Shown piece after piece: positions 1 through 8,686 of a stretch of 35,660 nt of DNA. A model generated the notes under the pieces. That model worked only from the letters and a program-made list of their open reading frames with translations, was not told the origin of the DNA and searched no databases. The DNA comes from a virus: UHGV virus genome UHGV-0200663. One strand, 5' to 3'. A program made the position numbers and the translations under genes. Numbering within the stretch: the stretch's first letter is position 1; the number at the start of each line of letters is the position of its first letter.

Positions 1-114
1 AGCGGCGCACGAAAAACGCGAAAACGTTTCACGATAAATGCGAAAACTTTACTTTTCGCGCTTCAAACGAAACAGCGGCATTGACCGCTGTTTTTTTTTA
101 TTCATTAAGTGGGA
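1..114. repeat. Prophage right end (attR) with repeated CGAAAA-containing transposase-binding-like motifs
   Basis: Repeated motifs ACGAAAAACGCGAAAAC and TGCGAAAAC in the first 60 nt; lies between mom stop (115) and the prophage terminus. Confidence 0.7.
72..99. terminator. Hairpin plus T-run at the prophage right end; T9 follows on plus strand, A-run precedes on minus strand (possibly bidirectional)
   Basis: ACAGCGG-CATTGA-CCGCTGT followed by TTTTTTTTT on plus strand; located just beyond the mom 3' end. Confidence 0.5.
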
Positions 115-840
115 TCACTTCGGGTATGGCTGAACCCTGAATAGCTTGGTGTTTAGGCGCTTTTTTGCGCGCTTATTCAGGAATCTGATGTAGCGATACT
201 GATTAAATTTGTGTACCACGGCCCGCTCCTTATTAGCCCGTAAATACACACCTCGTTGCCCTCCGCGCTTAATCGCGTTCATCGCTATCTCGTGATACCA
301 CTCGCCGTCCAGTTCGTAGAACGTGCTTTCGTGGCTGCCTATAAAATCAAAATTCGACGCCTGATATACCACGCCAGCACGTCCGCAGCGTTCGTCTGCA
401 AAAGACTGAACCCACTCAACTGACGGATACAGTAACCTGATGGTTTTCAGCGCGTAACTGATGGCCCGTGATTCAGAGTTGCGGGGCATGTCGTCGTGTA
501 GCCACATGCGATTCAGTTCCATATAGCCCCGGTTATCCGTTTCAAGCACGACCCGACGCCCTGAGTTGGGGTTAAGGGCATATCCCCACTGAAGAACGCC
601 AACCAGATCACGTCCGCTGAATACGCCAAGATGCAGGTAGGAGTTATTCACAAAACGGCGAGAATAGTGTTTTGTCTGAATGATTGTGCGGGCCAGCCAG
701 CAGGATATGGTTTCAACGCGCAGCTCCTTTGAACCATAGCCGACAATCCGGCCTTCATACTCAATAACGCAGGGTTTTGTCAGAATGCGTGATTTCTTCT
801 CTTTTCCCACAATACAGCTCCGTGGGATGCTCTTTGGCAT
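115..840 (-). CDS. mom: Mom-like DNA modification protein (adenine carbamoylmethylation, anti-restriction)
   Basis: Terminal gene position next to attR, immediately after and overlapping com, as in Mu. ATG at 840 (MPKSIP...); the ORF-track start at 852 is TTG. Confidence 0.75.
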   Translation of the reverse strand: MPKSIPRSCIVGKEKKSRILTKPCVIEYEGRIVGYGSKELRVETISCWLARTIIQTKHYSRRFVNNSYLHLGVFSGRDLVGVLQWGYALNPNSGRRVVLETDNRGYMELNRMWLHDDMPRNSESRAISYALKTIRLLYPSVEWVQSFADERCGRAGVVYQASNFDFIGSHESTFYELDGEWYHEIAMNAIKRGGQRGVYLRANKERAVVHKFNQYRYIRFLNKRAKKRLNTKLFRVQPYPK

Positions 841-946
841 TCGATATGACAATGTAACGTTTACAGCGAGGGCATTTAATTTCTATATGCTTAAAACCTC
901 CTTTAAACAGTAATTTATTGCAGTTTTTACAGCGAACAGAGTCCAT
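761..946 (-). CDS. com: Com zinc-finger translational activator of mom
   Basis: [15 protein letters not shown]...[14 protein letters not shown]...[16 protein letters not shown]: four-Cys zinc finger matching Mu Com from recall. Start taken at second in-frame ATG (946); overlaps mom start by about 80 nt. Confidence 0.8.
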   Translation of the reverse strand: MDSVRCKNCNKLLFKGGFKHIEIKCPRCKRYIVISNAKEHPTELYCGKREEITHSDKTLRY

Positions 947-973
947 GATTCCCCCTGTGTAATAACCAGACAT

Positions 974-1069
974 GAGCGCCCGGAGGGCTGGGGGTATTTA
1001 ATCACAATTGATGCAAACCGACGATCGATATGATGTTATCGATCGTCATAAACTATACATACTGATTAT
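974..1069 (-). promoter_or_regulatory. mom operon regulatory region with GATC-containing perfect inverted repeat (Dam/OxyR-type control region as in Mu Pmom)
   Basis: GACGATCGATA-TGATGT-TATCGATCGTC at about 1020-1047 carries two GATC sites; lies directly upstream of com on the minus strand. Confidence 0.55.
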
Positions 1070-1672
1070 TTAATCACCGACAGTTAACGCTCTCACCTCG
1101 TCCAGTATGGACAGCCGGGAAAGCTGCTCCTTCATTTCACGCTGGCGCTGATAAATCCCGTCATTGCGATCGACCTGTGCCTGCGCCATTGCTGTCGCCA
1201 GTTCTTCCAGTTCCGGCATTGACAGTTTCACCTGTTGATTATCGGCGTCACCCCACGTCATCACGTCCCGCGCTGTGTCAGATTTCGCCGCCATTACCAC
1301 AGGATAAAGACGGGCCAGTGAGTCGGGGCCAGCGTTCCAGGTGCGACCGTTCCATTCGAACGTGAACGGCTGCGCTTCCTGTTCTGTGCGCCACGCCTCG
1401 ATTTCCATCTTTTTGGCATCTTTTGCCGCTGCGATAAGCTCCGGCGTGATGGTGAACGGGGCGATTTCGCCCCATTTGCCGCTTTGCAGTTCCTGCCAGA
1501 TGCGCTTACCGATTGTTGATGTATCATCAGGAGTGGCAGTGTAAGGGACTGGCTGCGGCTGGCCGTCAAACCAAACGTCACAGTCTACAGCGCTATTTTC
1601 TGTATAGCGGGGATTAATGATTTCTTTGATTTCCACGATGCATTCCTCACGCTGTGCGAATAAAAAGCCCAA
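1070..1672 (-). CDS. Tail fibre assembly chaperone (second cassette)
   Basis: Immediately downstream of the long fibre gene. ORF-track start at 1672 is TTG; a GTG at 1636 preceded by GAGGAA is a plausible true start. Family call is by position and size only. Confidence 0.5.
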   Translation of the reverse strand: MGFLFAQREECIVEIKEIINPRYTENSAVDCDVWFDGQPQPVPYTATPDDTSTIGKRIWQELQSGKWGEIAPFTITPELIAAAKDAKKMEIEAWRTEQEAQPFTFEWNGRTWNAGPDSLARLYPVVMAAKSDTARDVMTWGDADNQQVKLSMPELEELATAMAQAQVDRNDGIYQRQREMKEQLSRLSILDEVRALTVGD

Positions 1673-4600
1673 TCATCGCGTCGGAACCATAGGTGTTTGT
1701 TACCCCGGACAGGGCGCGATATGTACCCGGTAATGAATGACCTGCATTTCCCATAACGTAGAATTGCGGGCTTGATGAATACGTTCCGGCTGGATTGTAG
1801 GGCGCTGAAATTCCCACCGGCCCCAGCCGTGAGCCTGCGTAATATTGCCCTCTCACAAGCTTGATTTTTGTATCTCCGTCAGTCGTTCCCTGGTATGCAG
1901 CAATAATCAGTCCACCAACATCAGGGTCTCCCCACTCATTGCTGATGGTCCCCCCCATAACATTATAAATATCGGCTGTGGATATCTTTATTCGCTCCCA
2001 GCCAACAAGACGCCCGTAAATATATCGGTTAAACCAGATATCACCGTTTCCTGCATAAAACATTATGCATTTTGCAGCATCTGACGGGGGCTTTGTTTCG
2101 TACTGGTTCATCTGCCAGATAACATCAAGAATACCCGTAAAATAAACACCAGGTATGATTGTTCCCTGATTAGGGACGGTTACCGCATAACGTCCCGGAT
2201 AAGCGTTTGTTACCCACGTGGTCAGCTCCGATGTGTTTTTAAAGGTGAGCTGGTCTTCTTTTCCAAACGGATAACCAAATCCGAATGCACCAGGAAGAGC
2301 CAGTTTATCTTCCGCCCGGTCATAAATATCACTCTGGGCGCTGTACGTATTCTTTTGCAACTCAAGAACAGACAGCATGTCTTCCGCTGTAGTCTGAGCA
2401 AGCAGCAGCCGGGCTTTTTCTGACAGTGGAGACAGTGAAGCATTCCCGTCCTGATTAAAGCACAGAAGATTATCTGCCCGTTGCGTCAGTTCACTGATAG
2501 CCGTCAGCACATCGTTCAGCGGTTGTTTACCGGCCAGCGCGTTCATGATTGTCGTCGCAAAGTTCGGGTCATTACCCAGCGCCGCTGCCAGCTCGTTCAG
2601 CGTGTCCAGGGCTTCCGGTGACGAGTCAACCAGTGCAGCAAGCAGTTTGCGGACAAACGCCGCATTGGCTATTTCATTACCTGCTGCATCATCTGGTGGT
2701 GTTGGCGTGGACGGCGTTCCGGTCAGTGTCGGACTGTTCAGTGGCGCACGGGTTTCAATCAGTGCCCGGAGTGAAACCTCGTTGACTTTCAGGTTTTCCC
2801 AGCCAACCAGATAACCATCTCCGGTAGTCCAGTAGCGATTGTAATAAATGTGGCCGTTAATACCGTAAAAAATAATGATTTTAGCCACACATGCCGGATT
2901 GGGGTTGGTTTGAGGTTCCGGCCAGATAATTTCAACGGTACCCTTGAACAGCACGCCCTGTATTACCGCATTTGTATCTGCATAAACGGCATAGCGTCCG
3001 GGTTTTGCCGTTTTTACCCAGCGGAGAAAATCGGCCTCTGTTTTAAACTCGGTCCTGTCGCCGCTGGAAAATATTTTCCCGAATCCGAACATGCCAGGAA
3101 CCGCCAGACGGCCTTCGGTGCGGTCGTAAATACTCTCCTGCGCATCCTTTTGTGCTGCATTGCCCAGTTGTGGCGTCAGATTCGTCCAGGTGACCGGGGC
3201 GGAGATATTATCGCCACGAACGGTCATAAGAATCCGTCCGTCTTTTCCAAAGAACAGAACCAGCTTTGTTGCTGTCTGACTGGTTTTGTCGCCCCGGCCA
3301 TTATCCAGCCAGATAATTTCTGTTATTCCGGTTGTTTTTTCCGTTTGTGTGGAAAAGGTGTAATACCGTCCCGGGTGCAGGTTGTGAGCGGTTCTGGCTA
3401 CAGTCGCCATATCGCTGGCAATAATTGAACGTGCTCCGGCGTCCGTCATTCCGTAACCATACGCACCGGGAAGCGCAACACGGCCTTCCATGCTGTCGTA
3501 AAGGTCTATCTGAATATCCCTTACCGCTGCGCTTTTCAGCTCAAGCTCATTGCGCATGGCTTCCGCTGTGGCCTGTGCCAGCAGTGACCGGGCTTTTTCT
3601 GACAGCGGAGACAATGAAGCATTTCCGTCATGATTAAAGCACAGAAGATTATCTGCCCGTTCTTCCAGATTACTGATTGCGGTTAACACGTCACTGAGTG
3701 GTTGTTTACCCGCCAGCGCGTTCAAGATTGTTGTCGCAAACTCCGGGTCATTGCCCAGCGCCGCTGCCAGCTCGTTCAGTGTGTCCAGGGCTTCCGGTGA
3801 CGAGTCAACCAGCGCAGCAAGCAGTTTGCGAACAAATGCCGCGTTCGCCATCTCCAGCCCGGTCGCATCGTCCGGCGGGGTTGGTGTGGTGGGCGTGCCG
3901 ATGAATGCCGGGCTGTCCAGTGGCGCTTTTGTTTTCGTCTCGTCCATGACGGTTTTGACGGCTTTTGGCGTGGCGGCCAGTTCTTCGCTGTCGTTGTCTG
4001 TATCACTACAGAGTTGCACCAGGCCTTTTTGCGTCGTGCTGGCGTTGGTTCCCTTCAGGTCATCAACTATCCGTTGCGCCTCGTCCCTGTGCTGTTTCGC
4101 GCTCTGCTCGCTTTTTGCTGCCGCTTCGGCGCTGGCTTTTGCCTCACCGGTCAGCGTTGCGGCATCAGCAAGTTTATCGACCGCTTTCTGGACTATCTTA
4201 TCGGCATCTTTGACCGCCTGTTCTGCCCGGGCGGCATTCTGGTTGGTCTCAGAGGCCAGCTCTTCAGCTTTCTGCACATTACCCGCGATTTCTTCTGCAT
4301 CCTGCTGTATTTCCCCGGCGAGCGCTTCTGTATCCTGGCGGGCCTGTTCAGCAGCGGTGGCGTGCTCTCCTGCTTTTTCTGCGCTTTGCTGCGCCTGTTG
4401 CGCCAGCTCTTCGAATTTCTTCAGGGCTTCCGGGCGCAGGTCAATATCGGTTGCGCCCAGAAAATCATTCAGCGAACCGTCCGCTGAATCTTCATAAACG
4501 CGGATGACACCGATTTCTGAAAGGCGCTGTGTGCTTTGTGTCAGGCGAACGCTGTACACACCCGGCAGAACGGTGAAGTCATATTCCCCGTTCTGTGTGG

Positions 4601-4721
4601 TGACATGGCTGAAAACACTTTTCAGAATCCCTGCACGGTTGTGCAGGGAGGTCAGTGTAATGGTTGCGCCACCCAGCGGTTCTCCCGTGGGCGTTTTAAT
4701 CACACCTTTAAGCTGCGGCAT
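1647..4721 (-). CDS. Long tail fibre protein, lambda Stf / P2 H family, with internal repeats
   Basis: N-terminus (..GVYSVRLTQ..IRVYEDSADGSLNDFLGA..RPEALKKFE) resembles the lambdoid side-tail-fibre N-terminal domain. Two copies of ATPKAVK..KAPL.SP..GTP.TPTPPDD..ANAAFVRKLLAALVDSSPEALDTLNELAAALGNDP..ATTI.NALAGKQPL. Three xxEGRLAxPGxFGFG modules. ATG at 4721 with GGAG 8 nt upstream. Confidence 0.8.
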   Translation of the reverse strand: MPQLKGVIKTPTGEPLGGATITLTSLHNRAGILKSVFSHVTTQNGEYDFTVLPGVYSVRLTQSTQRLSEIGVIRVYEDSADGSLNDFLGATDIDLRPEALKKFEELAQQAQQSAEKAGEHATAAEQARQDTEALAGEIQQDAEEIAGNVQKAEELASETNQNAARAEQAVKDADKIVQKAVDKLADAATLTGEAKASAEAAAKSEQSAKQHRDEAQRIVDDLKGTNASTTQKGLVQLCSDTDNDSEELAATPKAVKTVMDETKTKAPLDSPAFIGTPTTPTPPDDATGLEMANAAFVRKLLAALVDSSPEALDTLNELAAALGNDPEFATTILNALAGKQPLSDVLTAISNLEERADNLLCFNHDGNASLSPLSEKARSLLAQATAEAMRNELELKSAAVRDIQIDLYDSMEGRVALPGAYGYGMTDAGARSIIASDMATVARTAHNLHPGRYYTFSTQTEKTTGITEIIWLDNGRGDKTSQTATKLVLFFGKDGRILMTVRGDNISAPVTWTNLTPQLGNAAQKDAQESIYDRTEGRLAVPGMFGFGKIFSSGDRTEFKTEADFLRWVKTAKPGRYAVYADTNAVIQGVLFKGTVEIIWPEPQTNPNPACVAKIIIFYGINGHIYYNRYWTTGDGYLVGWENLKVNEVSLRALIETRAPLNSPTLTGTPSTPTPPDDAAGNEIANAAFVRKLLAALVDSSPEALDTLNELAAALGNDPNFATTIMNALAGKQPLNDVLTAISELTQRADNLLCFNQDGNASLSPLSEKARLLLAQTTAEDMLSVLELQKNTYSAQSDIYDRAEDKLALPGAFGFGYPFGKEDQLTFKNTSELTTWVTNAYPGRYAVTVPNQGTIIPGVYFTGILDVIWQMNQYETKPPSDAAKCIMFYAGNGDIWFNRYIYGRLVGWERIKISTADIYNVMGGTISNEWGDPDVGGLIIAAYQGTTDGDTKIKLVRGQYYAGSRLGPVGISAPYNPAGTYSSSPQFYVMGNAGHSLPGTYRALSGVTNTYGSDAMIGLFIRTA

Positions 4722-5238
4722 CGGGACGCTCCGGCCAGTTGATGGAGTAAAAGGAGGCTTCGTCAGTAACGGTGCTTAAATCCAGAGCCTTTACCGCTTT
4801 GATATATGCCATCCACTGCGTAAGACGCGCTTTATCATCGTCGCTGATGGTGCCCAGCTCCAGCTCGGTTTTCCAGTCGGAGGTGATGTCCTTCGCTTCA
4901 TTCAGCAGGCTCTGGCGTTGTTTTTCTGCCAGTTGCGAATAATCAACAGGAACCGGCAGCACTTCGCCGTCTTTGTAATACCAGCAGGCTTCAATGCCAA
5001 AACCTTCCGGCAGTTCATCCACTTCCACAATGGTGAAGCCAGCCGGATAAAGACGGGACACGTCTTCCGCCATTGAATAAATCACGCCGGTTTCCGGGTG
5101 AATACACAATTTGTATTTCTTCGTGAATTTATCCAGTGATTCATAAAAATCCTGTCCGTCTTCACTGCGGAAATACTGAATGTTTTCACCATAAGGCATC
5201 TCTTCCGGGTAATAACGCGTGACGTTTCTGAGTTCCAT
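4708..5238 (-). CDS. Tail fibre assembly chaperone (U-like, first cassette)
   Basis: C-terminal ..FYSINWPERP motif typical of tail fibre assembly proteins. ATG at 5238 preceded by AAGGAG; the ORF-track start at 5274 would overlap the upstream gene. Confidence 0.65.
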   Translation of the reverse strand: MELRNVTRYYPEEMPYGENIQYFRSEDGQDFYESLDKFTKKYKLCIHPETGVIYSMAEDVSRLYPAGFTIVEVDELPEGFGIEACWYYKDGEVLPVPVDYSQLAEKQRQSLLNEAKDITSDWKTELELGTISDDDKARLTQWMAYIKAVKALDLSTVTDEASFYSINWPERPDAAA

Positions 5239-5252
5239 TATTTTCTCCTTAA

Positions 5253-6062
5253 TTAGCCGGATACCGTGCGCCATCCGCCATTGATATAAATCTGAGTTTG
5301 TTTGTAATACACGCCGCCGATGTTATCCGCAGAGCTCCTGCCAGTATCCTGAACGTTAATACCTGACAAAATACAACCTGAAGGCGCGCGAAATACCCAG
5401 GAAATTTCGTTACCACCGGGATTGTGAAACACTTCGCTGGTGTATCTGAAATCACGCACAGCGCCGGAATCGGTGCTGCTGATGGTGATATCGCTGGTGC
5501 CATCAAACAGCACATTGTTAATCCTGCGGGCCGTCTGAAGCCGGGTTGCCGTTCCGGCATTGCCACTGATGTTGCTGATGGTGATATCCGAAGACAGGGC
5601 CATGCCGTTGACCCTGCGGGTATTCGGTACAGCACTATTAGCTTTATTTACCGTGTCACGTAATGAAAGTGCGTCGATAATTTCACTGGCTGTGTTTTTC
5701 CCGAGAATACCGCGCACAAAAGCACTGAGCGGCGTTAATGCCATTGTGTCTTCGCCCGTAAAATACGGGAACGTATTATTCTGACCGGTTAATCCGGCAA
5801 TAGCTCCGGCTGAACCACTGTTCGTAATAAACAGTTTTTTCAGCGCCGTCATAATCTGGTCGGTGGTGTTTTTATCCGGTTTGATATTTGCCTGCCGGAG
5901 AATTTCCAGCAGTTCGGACTGAATAATATTAAACCAGTCCGGCCCCGGATAGGTGGGCGGAATACCATTCCCGCCTTCGGTAAAATAAAGCGTTGTTTTG
6001 CTTAATTCAGCCGCGACAGGTGGCATCACCGGCACACCCGTCGGATTATCCACATGAAACAT
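5253..6062 (-). CDS. Short tail fibre protein (Mu S / P2 H-like)
   Basis: N-terminus MFHVDNPTGV...; internal FPYFTG motif and C-terminal ..YINGGWRTV resemble P2 H / Mu S family fibres. ATG at 6062 with GGAG upstream. Confidence 0.65.
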   Translation of the reverse strand: MFHVDNPTGVPVMPPVAAELSKTTLYFTEGGNGIPPTYPGPDWFNIIQSELLEILRQANIKPDKNTTDQIMTALKKLFITNSGSAGAIAGLTGQNNTFPYFTGEDTMALTPLSAFVRGILGKNTASEIIDALSLRDTVNKANSAVPNTRRVNGMALSSDITISNISGNAGTATRLQTARRINNVLFDGTSDITISSTDSGAVRDFRYTSEVFHNPGGNEISWVFRAPSGCILSGINVQDTGRSSADNIGGVYYKQTQIYINGGWRTVSG

Positions 6063-6065
6063 AAA

Positions 6066-6650
6066 TTATTCTCCGGTGTAATAATATTCATATTCCGTGC
6101 CCGCCAGCCGGTAATGCTTCAGCAGGCATTCCAGCTCGCGGGTCCGTTCACTGATTAATGGCGTCATGACGTCATCAATACAGGTAAACCGCCCGGCATC
6201 TTTATCCGGGACTTCCACTTTCAGCATCCAGCGATACCGCGCCGGATGCAGCGGATACATGCAGTCGCGCAGGCAGTGGTGCGGCAGAACGGCCGTCACC
6301 TTGATGGTGAAGCCCAGCGCCGCCGCAGCGGCTTCAATCTGCCAGGTTGCCAGCCCGCCCTTGCGGCGGTATTTCTCCACCACGGCCCGGCGGCGGGCTT
6401 CCGTTGTGGTGGCGGCAATTCCGCATTCCGGTAGCGCCAGATATTGCTCCCACTCCGGCAGCAGCTGGAGCGTGGTTTCCGGTCGCATCTCCACATGCAG
6501 ACGCGAGGCGTCGTATTCAACGCGGGTTAAACGCTCTGCAAGCGCCCTTAAAAAACGGTTTAAATCCGCGTCGTTATCACGCGGCCATGCCTTACCCCGT
6601 GGCATGACCTGTTGCAGTGCGGTCAGCCATTCCGTCACGCTGTGAGCCAT
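6066..6650 (-). CDS. Tail/baseplate protein (Mu gp48-like)
   Basis: Position between baseplate J-like gene and fibre gene; ATG at 6650. Family call by synteny. Confidence 0.5.
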   Translation of the reverse strand: MAHSVTEWLTALQQVMPRGKAWPRDNDADLNRFLRALAERLTRVEYDASRLHVEMRPETTLQLLPEWEQYLALPECGIAATTTEARRRAVVEKYRRKGGLATWQIEAAAAALGFTIKVTAVLPHHCLRDCMYPLHPARYRWMLKVEVPDKDAGRFTCIDDVMTPLISERTRELECLLKHYRLAGTEYEYYYTGE

Positions 6651-7711
6651 GTCACCTCCCCGATGGTGATAAGCTCATCCACATCACTGGTAGTGTCTTC
6701 CCCGATGTTCAGGAAGTAGTCCGCGATGCCGGACGTCATACCGATGGCCGTGCGCAGCGAGGACACCGGCAGCATCTGACCGGGGGCCAGCGTTTTCTGT
6801 AATGCGGTCAGGTTTGCCCGGACGGCGTTCCTGTTCGCCTGGCTGTCCGGTGTCAGACGGATGGACAGGTCGAGTTTCTTCAGTCTGACCTGTACCGGCC
6901 AGACCTCGATGCCGCCCGGTTTGCCCACCATCACGCCGGTGGCAGGGTGTTTGTGGCAGAACAGATACTGCTCCATTGTCTTCAGGTCGTCGCGTGTGGG
7001 GATAATGTCTTCACGGTCATCATAAAGCCATGCCAGCCCGACCGTGCCGGGGCCGTGCCACGCATCCCACGCCCACGCGCGGCTGACACCCGGCACTTCA
7101 CGCGCCCAGATGACGTAATCATGCAGCGCACCGCCCACCGGGGGATTGCGGCGCACATACAGCAGACGGTCCAGCAGCTCTGCGATGGATTCGATATCTG
7201 CGCCGCCGGTGATGCCACTTTCAGTCACCGCGCCCGTGCTGCCCGTTCCGGGTAGCGGGGACAGCAGGGTCAGCACGGCACCGGCAGCAAGATTGCCCGC
7301 CACACCGGCTTCTTCAGCCTGCACGATGACGGTGACCTCGCCGTCCTGTACCTCGCCGGATGTGAGTACCTGATACACCTGATTCGTGTCGGACTGCATC
7401 CGGGTTTCTGCCGGAATGGGGGACTGACTGGTGAAGGTCACCGGCCCGCTGGCAAAGGTTGCCTGCTTGCGGATAACCCCTTCATACGTTGCTGTTTTGA
7501 TAATGGTTTCATCATCAGATGCGGTGGACGGGATTATCTGGTCCTTAATCCAGCTCTGATGGTCGTATAAATCCCGGACCTGACTGCTGAACGACACGTT
7601 CAGCGCCTGCTCAACACTGACAGGCGGCAGCTTTTGCAGACCGAGTTCATACGCAATATCTTTCTCGCCGTCGGCAATCAGCTTGCCCAGCGTGGGGATT
7701 TCATACGGCAT
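6635..7711 (-). CDS. Baseplate J-like protein
   Basis: 358 aa; size and position in baseplate module match Mu gp47 / P2 J-type baseplate proteins. Confidence 0.6.
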   Translation of the reverse strand: MPYEIPTLGKLIADGEKDIAYELGLQKLPPVSVEQALNVSFSSQVRDLYDHQSWIKDQIIPSTASDDETIIKTATYEGVIRKQATFASGPVTFTSQSPIPAETRMQSDTNQVYQVLTSGEVQDGEVTVIVQAEEAGVAGNLAAGAVLTLLSPLPGTGSTGAVTESGITGGADIESIAELLDRLLYVRRNPPVGGALHDYVIWAREVPGVSRAWAWDAWHGPGTVGLAWLYDDREDIIPTRDDLKTMEQYLFCHKHPATGVMVGKPGGIEVWPVQVRLKKLDLSIRLTPDSQANRNAVRANLTALQKTLAPGQMLPVSSLRTAIGMTSGIADYFLNIGEDTTSDVDELITIGEVTWLTA

Positions 7712-8153
7712 TAATGGTGGCCTCCCATCGGCGGGTGATTTCGATTGTGAGCGTGGTTTTGTCCGGGCGGGTTAACACCACCTGAAAGGCAATACGGTCA
7801 GGGACAATGATTCTGGCCGTGACGGCGGCGTTACGGGCGTAACCGGCCCGCAGCAGCGGTTGCATGGACAGCCGCGCGTAATCTTCCACACGCAGGCGAA
7901 CATCTTCCGTCAGCTTTTCGCGTTCAAGCAGCCACAGGCGGGAACCCCACGAAAAATCGCTGTACGTGTCGCCCGGCCAGCCGCGCGGGTCGCCGGAACC
8001 ATCAGGAATGACATCATCGTCATCAGCGCGGGCATCGGTGAAAAGGCAGATAAGAACCTGAGTGACCAGCCCCTCATCCCGTGAGAGGCCGTTATGGGTG
8101 ACGGTGATGTCACCCCGTGAGAGCATGTTATTCCAGCGGATTCCTGTCGTCAT
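7701..8153 (-). CDS. Baseplate assembly protein (Mu gp46-like)
   Basis: 150 aa, between spike-like and J-like genes; start overlaps upstream stop. Confidence 0.5.
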   Translation of the reverse strand: MTTGIRWNNMLSRGDITVTHNGLSRDEGLVTQVLICLFTDARADDDDVIPDGSGDPRGWPGDTYSDFSWGSRLWLLEREKLTEDVRLRVEDYARLSMQPLLRAGYARNAAVTARIIVPDRIAFQVVLTRPDKTTLTIEITRRWEATINAV

Positions 8154-8686
8154 ACGGGCGGTGATGTATTCTCATTGTCGCCGTCCTTATGAATGTGTTT
8201 GATGAATGATTTACCGTTGATTCTGACATCTTCAGTAAATTCACAGGGACCGACGAATTTCATTTGTTTACCGATAATATTCAGCAATTCGTCGGCGGTG
8301 AGATTTACCGTTTTCCCTGAAACGTTTAATTGTTCTCCTGTGATTTCAATAATACCGCCTTTCTTTAACGTGATATGCGATTTACCGTCCTGGTGATACA
8401 GCCGGACATCACCGGGGGACAGGCCTTTCGGGCGACATCGCTTGTCCTCCACCGCGATGGCAACCAGCCCGTCACGCCGTCCGCCCACGGCCAGCACGAT
8501 GGCTTCAGAACCTTCCGGCGGAACGGAAGTAAACCCGTAGTTCTGGAAGCGTTCCACGTCGTCATCGGTGGCATCTGCCAGTGTCTGGATTTGCAGGTTC
8601 TGCCGCTCCAGACTGTCAGACACCATGCGCACAACGGCACGGTCAACCAGCAGCCGCAGACGGCGGGCAATGGCGTTTAATCCCAT
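8150..8686 (-). CDS. Baseplate spike / V-like protein (Mu gp45-like)
   Basis: 178 aa; position in baseplate module. Confidence 0.5.
   Translation of the reverse strand: MGLNAIARRLRLLVDRAVVRMVSDSLERQNLQIQTLADATDDDVERFQNYGFTSVPPEGSEAIVLAVGGRRDGLVAIAVEDKRCRPKGLSPGDVRLYHQDGKSHITLKKGGIIEITGEQLNVSGKTVNLTADELLNIIGKQMKFVGPCEFTEDVRINGKSFIKHIHKDGDNENTSPPV

Noticed and set aside
761-973. Longer N-terminal extension of com starting at 973 (MSGYYTGGI..)
   Set aside because: The Com zinc-finger homology begins at the second ATG (946); the extension has no counterpart in Mu Com as recalled. The shorter gene is preferred but the longer start cannot be excluded.
3751-4497. Long plus-strand ORFs in the six-frame track (for example 3751..4497, 4014..4487, 2850..3428) inside the long fibre gene
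   Set aside because: They lie antisense to a well-supported minus-strand gene in GC-rich repetitive DNA, have low-complexity Ala/Ser-rich translations and no RBS; typical spurious antisense ORFs.
974-6062. Searched for a gin-type serine invertase gene and gix inverted repeats expected in a Mu G region
   Set aside because: No ORF with recombinase features and no matching inverted crossover repeats were seen; both fibre cassettes are on the same strand. Absence is reported as a finding rather than a feature.
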